Source: Ignavibacteriota bacterium
Lineage (GTDB): Bacteria; Bacteroidota; Ignavibacteria; UBA10030; CAVZMI01
Direction: 5' to 3'
Assembly: GCA_963776275.1 (NCBI GenBank)
Contig: CAVZMI010000006.1
Location: forward strand, 64,001-128,000
DNA: 64,000 nucleotides
Part shown: positions 51,967 through 62,727 of the stretch, one piece after another
Layout of the letters: every line of letters begins with the position of its first letter
Numbering within the stretch: the first letter of the stretch is position 1
The notes under the pieces: generated by a model
Databases searched by the model: none
What the model was told of the DNA's origin: nothing
Seen by the model: only the letters and a program-made list of their open reading frames with translations
Translations under genes and position numbers: made by a program

Positions 51967-54194
51967 CTATTGCGATGATTCTTTCTTTAGAGAATGACCT
52001 GTTATCAAACCGAAAACAAATACAACAATCGCAATCGCGCCGATTGCAAATATTGTATCGCCGAATGCACGTGTCCACTTTACAGTCTGGACGGTGGGCG
52101 AATATAAAAACTCGGCACTCCGGGCATACCAGTATCCATATTTCACTGAGGCCCATGTCTGAAGAAGGCCGACCGGCAGCAGACTGATTGCCACCATCGC
52201 CATCAAACCGATATTCAAGCACCAAAATCCGACTTTTAGTAATTTTCCTTTCCACGCGTTTTTCACCCAGAGGACACGCAAACAAAAGAGCATAAGACCG
52301 ATACCGAGCATACCGTAGACTCCAAAGAGAGCTGCATGACCATGAACCGGAGTTGTATTAAGTCCCTGCATATAATATAACGCTATCGGCGGATTGATCA
52401 TGAAACCGAAAAGTCCTGCACCAACCATATTCCAGAATGCAACTGCGATAAAGAAATAGATCGGCCATCGATATTTTTCCATCCACACACTCGTTCTAGA
52501 TCGGCGAATATTGTTCCACGCTTCATAACCTACGAAGAGAAGTGGTACAACTTCGAGGGCACTAAAGACGGCTCCAAGTGCCAAGACAGCTGTCGGGGTG
52601 CCTGAGAAATACAAATGATGAAGCGTTCCGATAATACCACCCGAGAGAAATATTGTCGATGATAGTACAACAGAGCTGTTTGCTGTTGAAGAGCGGATCA
52701 GTTTCAATTTGAAAAAAAGATATGCAATGACGACGGTGGCAAATACCTCGAAGAATCCTTCGACCCAGAGGTGTACAACCCACCAGCGCCAGTATTCGGC
52801 GACAGCAAGATTTGTCCTCTTACCATACATAAGTCCGGCCATATAAAAAGCGCCAATAGCCACAGAAGCAACAAAAAACAGAATAAGCAGCGATTTATGA
52901 TCGGTTCCTTTCCTCAGGCCGACTAATACATTTCTTCCTACAAGATACACCCATAATGCAAGACCGATAACGAGTCCGATCTGCCACACCCGACCGAGAT
53001 CGATATACTCATAACCCTGATGACCGAAGTAATACCAGAGATCACCGGAAAGCTTGCGATAGACACTCAGCCATTCACCGATAAGCGAGCCGACAACGAT
53101 TATCAGAAGAGCGATAAAAAGAAAATTCACTCCGAACCGTTGTCCCCTGAGTTCGATACCGCTTACTACCGGGGCGATATAAAGTCCGGCTGCAAGCCAG
53201 GCGGTAGCGATCCAGAATATACCGAGTTGAGTGTGCCATGTTCGCGTGATGACATAGGGGAGCCATTTGCTCAATGGAATTCCGTATAAAGAATTCCCTT
53301 CCACGCTATAGTGGGCTGTGACAACACCAAGAGCAATTTGGACGAGGATTAAAAGAGACACAATCCAAAAATATTTTATGGTAGCACGTTGTGATGGTGT
53401 GGATTCATGAATGAGCAGTGGATCGTTGTCTGGAAGGAGCATATTCTCTTGTTTATACGATTGTGAAGCATTATACCATACCATTCCACCTATTCCGGCA
53501 AGTAGCAAAATAATACTGACACCGGTCCAGATAATCGCATCGGCGGTGGGAATGTTATCCACGAGTTCCTCGTGCGGCCAGTTGCTGGTGTAGCTGATAT
53601 CTTTTCCCGGTCTGTTTGTCGATGCAGCCCAGGAAGTCCAGAAAAAGAAAGTGCTTAGCTGTCGCAACTGTTCCTTGTCCGTCAGAGCACCGGGAGGAAT
53701 CGAATACGGTTCGCTTCCTTTTGAAAAGAGTTCGGTGTAGTATGCTACGTTTGCTTCGAAGGCTCGTCGACGAATCGGATCAAGGACAAGCTTGCCCGTC
53801 AGGTCATCATAGGTGTTCGCACGCATTAATTCTTTGAGTCGTGCACGAAATTGAGCCTGCTTCTGTTCGCCGATCTGGGAATATGGTTGGGCTAGTTCAT
53901 TTTGGGACCATTCATTGATGATAAACTCGCATTCACGATGAAGCCAATCGGCACTCCAATCAGGTGCAACGTAGCTGCCGTGCCCCCAGATTGAGCCGAG
54001 TTCCATCCCGCCAATCGATCTCCAGATTTCCTGCCCTTTTTCAATATCACCTGTGGGAATCATGACGCTACCGTCTGGCGTGACAACACTCATCGGTACC
54101 GGCGGTTTTTCCTGATATATTCGAATACCGGCCCATCCCAGACCACAAACGAGATAATAATGACGGCAAAAAAGCCAATCCAGAGTTTTTTCAT
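51967..54194 (-). CDS. norZ: quinol-dependent nitric oxide reductase (qNor), apparent frameshift near 54142
   Basis: MKKLWIGF start; GSIWGHGSYVAPDWSADWLHRE, RTWHTQ, WWVVHLWVEGFFEVF, GTLHH, TTPVHGHAALFG. Confidence 0.93.
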
Positions 54195-54231
54195 GCCTCT
54201 CTCCCTAAGAATTATGGAACCTGTTGTCGTA

Positions 54232-55032
54232 CTACACCTTTTTCGCCATGATGACCAGATCTTTTGTATTAGTAGGAACAAAATCAATCATTGAAATACT
54301 CCCAAATGTCTTTATATCTTTGAAACCTGCAGAATAGAGTCCCGGAATGATGTCGGTTCGGATCAGAGGTCTGATCTCTACGGTGTTAGCATTTTCAAGT
54401 TTTATTTTTCCATCGTGCCGGATTGTTCGTATCGTAAAACGAATTGTCTTTTCTTCATACTCATACTCACGAATTATTGTTACTCCCCCCTCTTCCTTTA
54501 CATTTTGGATAATATTTCGTTCATTTAAAATTTTTTCATAATTAAGTATTTGAATAAACAGAATTCCCTCCAACCGAAGCAGGGATGAGAAATTCTTTAG
54601 CGTGACTTCAAGGTCTATTGGATTAATTAAATGGACGAGTGAGTTTCCAAGGCAAAATATCGCATCGAATTTCTCATCGATATGCGAAGGGAGATCCTGG
54701 AAACTGGATTTAGATATCCGAACCTGAACACCCAGCGTCCGTGCATGGTTCTCAGTTCTACGAAGCATTTCGTCCGATATATCCGTGGCGGTGACGTTAA
54801 CGCCTAGTTGTGCAAGAAGCATGGAATGAAAACCTGTACCACAGCCGGCATCCAGAGCCTTCGCGATGTTATAACGATCGATAAGAAGTCTAAAAAATGG
54901 TTTCTCTTGCGCAAACCTCTTCTCAAAATTAATCATCATATCATAATCAGTCGCAAGAACATCATAGAATCGAGATAGTTCATTGATCGATTGTAATTTA
55001 TGTTTATTCATTGGGTCCATGGTTTTGCACAT
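54232..55032 (-). CDS. class I SAM-dependent methyltransferase (glycine/sarcosine N-methyltransferase-like)
   Basis: LDAGCGTGFHS, FDAIFCLGNSLVHL. Confidence 0.85.
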   Translation of the reverse strand: MCKTMDPMNKHKLQSINELSRFYDVLATDYDMMINFEKRFAQEKPFFRLLIDRYNIAKALDAGCGTGFHSMLLAQLGVNVTATDISDEMLRRTENHARTLGVQVRISKSSFQDLPSHIDEKFDAIFCLGNSLVHLINPIDLEVTLKNFSSLLRLEGILFIQILNYEKILNERNIIQNVKEEGGVTIIREYEYEEKTIRFTIRTIRHDGKIKLENANTVEIRPLIRTDIIPGLYSAGFKDIKTFGSISMIDFVPTNTKDLVIMAKKV

Positions 55033-55265
55033 GTACTGGAAAATGGTTGTTTTGGAGTTTTTCTAATTCCGGAATTCTTAGAAGATATTCCCTCATGGAA
55101 TGAAATTGCACCGTCAACATCGAGGATCCTGAAATTCCGACAAACACACCGACTACAGATGCAACGGCGTAGAATGAATCTCAGCATATCATCTTCTTTC
55201 TATTTCAGATGAAAAACCCTGATTATAATATAAAAAAAATTTAGTCTTTTGGAACGGCAGGGGCC

Positions 55266-55598
55266 CTAAGAGTAATAGCTGTATTCCCGGGGCTTTGGAT
55301 CGATGAGATGGATCAGGAAGGCAATCACAACTGCTATCGTACATACCAGAATAAAAGCTCCTGTCGCATTACCACTATCCACGGCGTCGATAACCATGTA
55401 CGTTCCGATTGCCGTTACTATCGATAGGATGATAATATAGAGAATGTAGGCTTTCGGTGAAATTCTTCGATTTTTTATGATTCTTTTTTTGATTCGTACA
55501 GGATATGCCGGCGTCTTTTTACAGAACGGACATACATCGAGACTCTCAGAAATCAAGTTCTGGCAGTATGTGCAATGCATTATGCCAATTCCCTTCAT
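55266..55598 (-). CDS. small zinc-ribbon membrane protein
   Basis: CTYC..CPFC followed by two TM helices. Confidence 0.65.
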   Translation of the reverse strand: MKGIGIMHCTYCQNLISESLDVCPFCKKTPAYPVRIKKRIIKNRRISPKAYILYIIILSIVTAIGTYMVIDAVDSGNATGAFILVCTIAVVIAFLIHLIDPKPREYSYYS

Positions 55599-56012
55599 TT
55601 ATAACCTCACTAATCTTTTTTAAAGAATAAACAAACTCCAAGTCTGATGAAATGCTGCAGATCACATATTAATAAAATCGGTAGGAAGATATTCTGTCGG
55701 GTTGCTCTGAAAAAAATTAAACGAGTTTTACGAGTTTATTTCGCAGATTTCGAGGGCGATATTTCATAATCGATCGTGCTTTTTTACTCCCACCATGCAA
55801 TATTTGGAACATAGAGAGAAATATTGATTAAAGCTGTTTCCCTAGAATGATACAAATTCTTGAGTGGGCCGATTGTCGAGGCGAAAAAGAATTCTCCTTG
55901 ATCTTCTCCATTTGTTCGAGGAAGAATTCATAGGGATTGACAGCCATCCAGCCTTCTATTTTTCGCCAGGCCGGTTCTTGACAAACTGAAACGTGTCCTT
56001 TGTCTTCACGAT

Positions 56013-58231
56013 TTACATTTTTCCGAACGTATCCATCAGTACGACCTGTGTCTCACCCGGTTGAGGTTGCAGTTGAACGCTCCGGTGTTGGCCGGGAAAT
56101 TCTTCACCCGGCTCCCACATCCCTTCGCATCCACTATTTGTGAATTTATACTGAACCTCGATTCCACGCGGGACTTCAACAACAAGCGTCCATATTCCAT
56201 CGCCTGCAGTGATATCGCCATGTGTACCGTCATCGTACATCCGAACCATGTTCGGTTTCCACTCCCCGAGTTGTGGAATATTTCCGGTAATAAAGATGCC
56301 TGAAGGGACATCAATATTCCGTGCGTCGCATTGAAAGAGAACGAGCACTTTTCCCGAATCACTCTTCGCCATTGTTCGGGAAGCACCCGCTTTTCTTTTC
56401 TGTCGGGGATTAATAATGGGATTAAATTTTCTTTGAGGCATAAGACCACCTGCTTTCCTTGCAAGGAAATATATGTTATTTAAATGAGTAATGAATCCGA
56501 TATCGAACGGACTATCATCTCCAGACAATGATGTTTGGTCGGCGCCATACCACCAGAACCAATCGGAACCTTCAGCTGCGTACATTTCTTCCCATGCCAT
56601 CATTGCATACCATGCTTCGGTGCCTTTATGCTGTACCGGATCTGTTGTCCTAGGGCTTTTTACACCGGAAGCTGCAAGGTCTTCCCGGGCAATACGTAGA
56701 TATTCCCATGCCCTGTTTTCTTCCCGCTCACCGATCCAGGTATCGAAATTCGCATTGATCCAGGATCCGGGCCAGAGTTTTTCAATTCTTGGCAGGTCCT
56801 GTACATAATGCGTGGGAACATTTCGCCGTGGATTTCCTTTCAAATATTCAGTCGTCGTTACCGTAACAACCTTCCCTTTTTTCTGAAGTTCCGTCAAACT
56901 CTTATACACACCGTTGAGAAAATCTTTCCCGTCATTGTCATAGCGATACCATTCCCAGGCATTCTCTCCGTCCAGGATTACTGTAAGAAGACAATCGGGT
57001 TGATCGGGTAAAGGAGCGAATTCGAGAATACGGGTGATGAAATTCCGGATCGCCTCTTGAGGCTTCATTTCCTTGTACGTAAAACCGATCCGATCGGAAA
57101 GATCGGTTTCACGGAATACTATTGCCAGCGCATCTTCCGGCTTTTTCAATGAACCGACGCTATAAGGAATCGTTACACATTTGTCCGTCGGATAGGCCGT
57201 TTGAGAATTTTCTCGTCGGTTGCGATCCACAGAATTTCATGACGTGTGAGTATTTCGATGATTTCGTTGGCGACCGAGCCTTCCCCGGGCCACATTCCCG
57301 TCGGTTTTTGCCCGAACAGTTTTTGAAAATACTGTGCCGCTTTCCCCACCTGCGCCTCTGCATCTTCCGGATAACAAAACCGTTGAGGCATGGGATCGTT
57401 TGGCTGGCACGTTTTTGCGATATCGCTGTCACAGAGGAGCGGCAGGATCGGGTGATAGAACGGCGTTGTTACAATTTCAATTTGACCGCTGTGTTCTTCA
57501 GGTTTATAAATGAGCTTCTTATGAATGGGAACAATGTCGGCAAGGATCATATAAGTGTCGGCAACGAGACGATTACAATCATCCTCGGTTATCAAATGAC
57601 GCACGACAAATGAGCCGTCAGGTTTTTTCGCGACAAGATCGGTTAGATTGATTACCGCCCGCGTCGTAAGCTTAACTGGTCCGCGAAGAATATCGGGGTC
57701 GAAATTCACCAATGAAAACCAGAATTTCAATTCCCGATAATCCTGTTCGGTAAGTTCCTCATTCCGTTTCCTGACTTTCCCGACAAGGGATTTATATTGA
57801 GGAAACCGATCGATTATAATTTCGCTTACGCTGAGTGCACTCCACGAATGTGAAGTCAATAATGCTTTTTCATTATCAGTAAGCGATGATGTCGGCTTCA
57901 ACATGATATCAATCCATGGGTCGGTTTTTCCTTCCCACTTTGAGAAAAACTCCTGGGTATTGATACGATGCGACTTCATATTTACAAAGGGCTTCAACCG
58001 ATCGACATAGTATGCTTGTAATTGAAAAAGAAGCACCGAAGTCAGGTTGACGTTAAAATGAATATCAGGATACTTGAGAAGTATCGATGTCATGTCGTAA
58101 TAGTCTTTTGTACCGTGCGTACGTACCCACGGTGCAGAAAGCTGGTCCTTCGCCGAATCAAGATAGAGAGGCTGGTGCTGATGCCAAATAATATTTAGAT
58201 AGACCGGCCTTGCGCCAGATTGTACTTCCAT
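56013..58231 (-). CDS. GH57 glycoside hydrolase (amylopullulanase-like) with C-terminal CBM20-like domain, apparent frameshift near 57195
   Basis: WHQHQP, TTPFYHPILPL, GMWPGEG, LDGENAWE, AEGSDWFWWY; ITGNIPQLGEW..QYKF. Confidence 0.9.
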
Positions 58232-58365
58232 GAAGTATCCTCCGGTTTCACAAGAGGTGAACGGATTGGGTCAGAATTGTCCTGGTTTTACACTACTAAG
58301 ATAATGATTTTCCTCTGAAAGTAAATCTTTACATCGTTCCGGATCTTTTGTATATTCTTCATTAA

Positions 58366-59307
58366 ATGATCACGATAAAACCACCACGACTTGCTCGTGG
58401 GGACACCATCGGTATTGTGGCCCCTGCGAGTGCTCCCATATCGGCCGAGAAAATCGAAAAAGGAGTCGCCTATCTCGAAAAAATGGGATATCGTGTAAAA
58501 CTCGGGAAGCACGTTTATGAACTCAACGGCTACCTCGCCGGTCCCGATTCTCATCGTGCACAGGATCTCAATGAAATGTTTGCCGATCCAGAAGTCAAGG
58601 CCATTATCGCGGTGCGCGGAGGTTACGGTTCTGCAAGAATTATCGATTTGATTGATTATGAACTTATCCGGAAATATCCAAAAATATTTGTGGGATACAG
58701 CGACTGTACGGCACTTCACTGCGCATTTCTTCGACATGCCGGACTTGTCTCATTTGCCGGTCCAATGGCTGCCGTCGAAATGTGTGAAGGAATCGATTCA
58801 TTCACGGAAGAGAACTTCTGGCGGCTTCTTACAGATCCTTCGGATCACGAAGTGCTTCACAATCCTCCCGATCGTCGATGGCAGACGATTCATCATGGGA
58901 CCTGCGAGGGAATCCTGGTCGGCGGAAATTTAACAATGCTGCTTTCGCTCGCAGGAACACCATATTGGCCCCCTCTTCGCGATGCTCTACTACTGGTTGA
59001 GGAGATCGACGAGAGACCGTATCGAATAGACAGAATGTGCGCCCAGCTCAAACATGCCGGCGTTTTTAAGGAAATTGCAGGGCTCATCCTGGGTACTTTT
59101 TACGATTGTACTCCAATTGAACCGGATAAACCTTCGCTGACGCTTGACCAGGTGTTTTCGGACTATTTTTCAGAACTTACACTGCCTATTATCAGTAACT
59201 TTGCTCATGGACATCCGTCTCCAAAATTGACAATTCCGATTGGACTCAAAGCCCGACTCGACACCCACCGTGAACAAATCGAACTCCTCGAAGCTCCTGT
59301 CACTTAA
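58366..59307 (+). CDS. ldcA: LD-carboxypeptidase (S66 family)
   Basis: RGGYG, GYSDCT, GGNL, EEIDE, AHGH motifs. Confidence 0.9.
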   Translation: MITIKPPRLARGDTIGIVAPASAPISAEKIEKGVAYLEKMGYRVKLGKHVYELNGYLAGPDSHRAQDLNEMFADPEVKAIIAVRGGYGSARIIDLIDYELIRKYPKIFVGYSDCTALHCAFLRHAGLVSFAGPMAAVEMCEGIDSFTEENFWRLLTDPSDHEVLHNPPDRRWQTIHHGTCEGILVGGNLTMLLSLAGTPYWPPLRDALLLVEEIDERPYRIDRMCAQLKHAGVFKEIAGLILGTFYDCTPIEPDKPSLTLDQVFSDYFSELTLPIISNFAHGHPSPKLTIPIGLKARLDTHREQIELLEAPVT

Positions 59308-59371
59308 ACCTATCATCATCGAAACGACGTGAAAAAATGGCTCAAACAGCCTCATTTTTCAATGTATTATA

Positions 59372-59400
59372 TTGACAACCTTTCTTTTTTTCAGTACCTT
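59372..59400 (+). promoter_or_regulatory. probable sigma70-type promoter for purN-purH
   Basis: TTGACA-17 bp-TACCTT. Confidence 0.5.
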
Positions 59401-59429
59401 TTATAATACAAGGGAATCAACAGAACGCG

Positions 59430-60089
59430 TTGAATAATCAGCTCCACATCGCTGTTTTTGCTTCAGGTCGCGGTTCAAATTTCAGTGCGGTACTGGAGAA
59501 AATTCGCAGTGGGGAGATTCCGAACGCAAACATTGCAGTCGTTATCAGCAATAATACGACAGCCGGGGCTCTTGAGATTGCCCGTTCGTATTCTATCCCT
59601 GCAATTCATTACAGCCGTGCGCAGTACGAATCCGATGAAGAATTTACAGCACAGCTTCGCTCTCTTCTGTCAGAACACGGAGTGAACTTCATCATCCTCG
59701 CCGGTTACATGAAGATGATGCCGCAGGAGATTGTCCGGCAATTCCGTCATCGCATGCTCAATGTCCATCCAGCGCTATTACCGGCATTCGGCGGTAAAGG
59801 TATGTACGGACATCACGTTCACAAAGCTGTTATTGAGTATGGCGCAAAGGTATCCGGAGCGACTGTACATCTTGTTGATGAAGAATATGATCACGGTCCG
59901 GTGGTTCTTCAAGCCTGTATTGCAGTCGAAGACGACGATTCACCTGATTCACTTGCAGAAAAAGTATTAAAGATCGAGCATCGGCTCCTTCCGGAAGCAG
60001 TCAGACTTTTTGCCGAAGGACGGGTCATCGTGCAAGATCGTAAAGTTATTATCAATCGAAACTCGCCCATCGCATCCACGTCATCGTAA
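59430..60089 (+). CDS. purN: phosphoribosylglycinamide formyltransferase
   Basis: ASGRGSN, LAGYM, NVHPALLP, GATVHLV..YDHGP. Confidence 0.96.
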   Translation: MNNQLHIAVFASGRGSNFSAVLEKIRSGEIPNANIAVVISNNTTAGALEIARSYSIPAIHYSRAQYESDEEFTAQLRSLLSEHGVNFIILAGYMKMMPQEIVRQFRHRMLNVHPALLPAFGGKGMYGHHVHKAVIEYGAKVSGATVHLVDEEYDHGPVVLQACIAVEDDDSPDSLAEKVLKIEHRLLPEAVRLFAEGRVIVQDRKVIINRNSPIASTSS

Positions 60090-60118
60090 GCGACGGGCAC
60101 ACACCTTTAGGATCGCCA

Positions 60119-61663
60119 TTGATTAAAATCCGCCGCGCGCTCATTAGTGTTTCAAATAAAGAGGGGCTGTTTGAATTTGCCCATGCACTTCAACAACTTG
60201 GAGTTGAGATTATTTCGACCGGAGGAACTGCCGCCGCACTTCGGAACGAGAGCATTCCTGTCACATCAATCTTCAACGTCACTGGTTTTCCCGAGATCAT
60301 GGATGGCCGGGTGAAAACGCTTCACCCAAAAATTCACGGTGCATTACTTGGTGTTCTCGACAACCCGAAGCATATGCAAGCCATGAAAGAAAATGGTATC
60401 GTCCCAATTGATCTTGTCGTGGTGAATCTCTACCCCTTTGAAGAAACCTTAAAACATGGACATACGACGCCGGAGGAGGCTATCGAGCAAATCGACATCG
60501 GCGGTCCGGCGATGCTACGATCGGCCGCAAAGAATTATCGGTTTAAAGCGGTGGTCGTCAATCCGAAACGTTATGCGGAGATCATCAAGGAGCTGCAGGA
60601 ACAACACGGTCTTATTTCTGAAAAAACCCGCCTAAGCCTTGCATGCGAAGTATTTCATCATACCGCTCATTATGATTCAGTGATAGCAAATTATTTCGAT
60701 TCAATGCAGTGTCAGGAAGACGGTGCTCTTCCGCAGACGCTCCACTTCATGCTGAGCAAATCGATGGATCTCAGGTATGGCGAGAATCCTCACCAGCATG
60801 CGGCGTTCTATGGCGATTTCGAACGATGCTTCCAGAAATTACACGGAAAAGAACTTTCATTTAACAATATTATTGACATCAACGCAGCCGCAATCCTGTT
60901 GGCCGAGTTTGATGCTCCCACTGCGGTGATTATCAAACATACAAATCCTTGCGGAGTTGGCTCTGACGCCGTACTTGCGCAAGCATATAAAAAGGCTTTT
61001 TCGACCGATACAATATCAGCATTCGGCGGGATTGTTGCAGTCAACCGTCCGCTTGATCTCGATACCGCCCGATTAATCAACGAAATCTTTACAGAAGTCA
61101 TCATTGCACCTGAATTTTCTCCGGAAGTGCTTGAGCTGCTCATAAAAAAGAAAGACCGGCGGTTGATCAAACTTATCGCAGATCTTCGGGCAGTCAACGA
61201 TCTGGAAATACGGAAGGTTGCCTCCGGTTATCTGGTACAGAGTCCTGACCAGCACCGCCTGTCAAAAAACGATTTAAAAATCGTCACGAAACGAAAACCG
61301 ACCGATGAAGAAATCGATGCAATGCTGTTCGCCTGGAAAGTTGCGATGCACGTAAAATCGAATGCCATTGTTTATGCACGGAAAGATCAGACACTTGGCG
61401 TCGGTGCCGGACAGATGTCGCGTGTTGATTCATCACGTATCGCTGCATGGAAGGCTAAAGAGGCCAAATTTGATATGAGGGGGTGTGCTGTTGCATCAGA
61501 TGCATTTTTCCCTTTTGCCGATGGGCTTCTGGAAGCCGTCAGGGCAGGAGCGACTTCGGTAATTGAGCCGGGCGGATCGGTTCGCGATGAGGAAGTAATC
61601 AAAGCGGCAGATGACAATAATATCGCAATGGCATTTACGGGCATACGGCATTTCAAGCATTAA
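60119..61663 (+). CDS. purH: bifunctional AICAR transformylase/IMP cyclohydrolase
   Basis: STGGT, GRVKTLHP, IDIGGP, LRYGENPHQ, KHTNPCG, ASDAFFPF. Confidence 0.97.
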   Translation: MIKIRRALISVSNKEGLFEFAHALQQLGVEIISTGGTAAALRNESIPVTSIFNVTGFPEIMDGRVKTLHPKIHGALLGVLDNPKHMQAMKENGIVPIDLVVVNLYPFEETLKHGHTTPEEAIEQIDIGGPAMLRSAAKNYRFKAVVVNPKRYAEIIKELQEQHGLISEKTRLSLACEVFHHTAHYDSVIANYFDSMQCQEDGALPQTLHFMLSKSMDLRYGENPHQHAAFYGDFERCFQKLHGKELSFNNIIDINAAAILLAEFDAPTAVIIKHTNPCGVGSDAVLAQAYKKAFSTDTISAFGGIVAVNRPLDLDTARLINEIFTEVIIAPEFSPEVLELLIKKKDRRLIKLIADLRAVNDLEIRKVASGYLVQSPDQHRLSKNDLKIVTKRKPTDEEIDAMLFAWKVAMHVKSNAIVYARKDQTLGVGAGQMSRVDSSRIAAWKAKEAKFDMRGCAVASDAFFPFADGLLEAVRAGATSVIEPGGSVRDEEVIKAADDNNIAMAFTGIRHFKH

Positions 61664-61696
61664 TGGTTTAGAATAACAGTGAAAAGATAATTATCC

Positions 61697-62722
61697 ATGG
61701 GACTTTTCTCACTTTTTTCCGCTGACCTTGCCATAGACCTCGGCACAGCAAACACTCTGATCTGGGTGAAGGGTAGAGGGATCGTACTTAACGAGCCATC
61801 CATTGTCGCCTTTGACCGCAACACAAAAAAAATCGTCGCAATCGGGAATGAAGCCCGGGAAATGCTGGGCCGCACTCACCGCGATATCCGTACAATCCGT
61901 CCGATGAAAGACGGCGTGATTGCCGATTTTGAAATTGCCGAAGGAATGCTTCGTGAGTTTATCAAGAAGATTCATGCAAACTGGCTGCCAAGCCGTCGGA
62001 TTGTCATATGCGTCCCTAGCGGGGTCACTGAAGTTGAAAAACGCGCAGTCCGTGATAGTGCGGAGCATGCCGGCGCGAAGGAAGTCCACCTTGTCGCAGA
62101 ACCGATGGCTGCTGCGATTGGTATTGAGCTTGACGTTGATGCTCCGGCCGGAAATATGGTCGTCGATATTGGCGGAGGCACGACCGAAATCGCCGTTATT
62201 GCTTTGTCCGGCATCGTGAACGAAGAATCGATCCGTGTCGCCGGTGATGAGATGAACAACTCGATCATCCAGTACTTCAAAAAAAACCATAATATACTTA
62301 TCGGTGAAAGAACCGCCGAGGCGATAAAATGCGAGGTTGGTTCTGCAATGCCGTTGAAAGAGGAAATTACTATTCAGGTGAAGGGTCGTGATCTTGTCAA
62401 TGGAATTCCCAAGACAATAGAAGCCAGTTCGGTTGAAATCCGTGAAGCGCTTGCCGAGCCAACCGCAGCTATAGTGAATGCTATCAAACTAACGCTGGAG
62501 CGAACTCCCCCCGAGCTCTCCGCCGATATTCTGGATCGTGGTGTGATGCTCACCGGTGGCGGTGCATTGTTAAAAGGACTCGATGAACGCCTTCGACTCG
62601 AGACCAGCCTACCGGTCCATGTCGCTGAAGATCCGTTGACTGCAGTCGTTCGCGGAACGGGGAAAATCATGGAGGACATCGTAAAATATCGGAAAGTCCT
62701 AATCAAGAGCCGCCGATACTAA
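61697..62722 (+). CDS. mreB: rod shape-determining protein MreB
   Basis: IDLGTANT, EPMAAAIG, DIGGGTTE, TGGGALL. Confidence 0.97.
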   Translation: MGLFSLFSADLAIDLGTANTLIWVKGRGIVLNEPSIVAFDRNTKKIVAIGNEAREMLGRTHRDIRTIRPMKDGVIADFEIAEGMLREFIKKIHANWLPSRRIVICVPSGVTEVEKRAVRDSAEHAGAKEVHLVAEPMAAAIGIELDVDAPAGNMVVDIGGGTTEIAVIALSGIVNEESIRVAGDEMNNSIIQYFKKNHNILIGERTAEAIKCEVGSAMPLKEEITIQVKGRDLVNGIPKTIEASSVEIREALAEPTAAIVNAIKLTLERTPPELSADILDRGVMLTGGGALLKGLDERLRLETSLPVHVAEDPLTAVVRGTGKIMEDIVKYRKVLIKSRRY

Positions 62723-62727
62723 GGTGT

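Noticed and set aside
55620-56010. Possible gene remnant downstream of GH57
   Set aside because: Only short open stretches with no identifiable family.
11727-58231. Mass pseudogenisation or programmed frameshifting
   Set aside because: The breaks are single-base, hit a core gene such as PBP1A, leave both halves undegraded, lack slippery heptamers and cluster at one motif. This fits sequencing artefact.
59308-59429. ZTP or purine riboswitch ahead of purN-purH
   Set aside because: The leader is short and AT-rich, with the promoter close to the start and no consensus elements.
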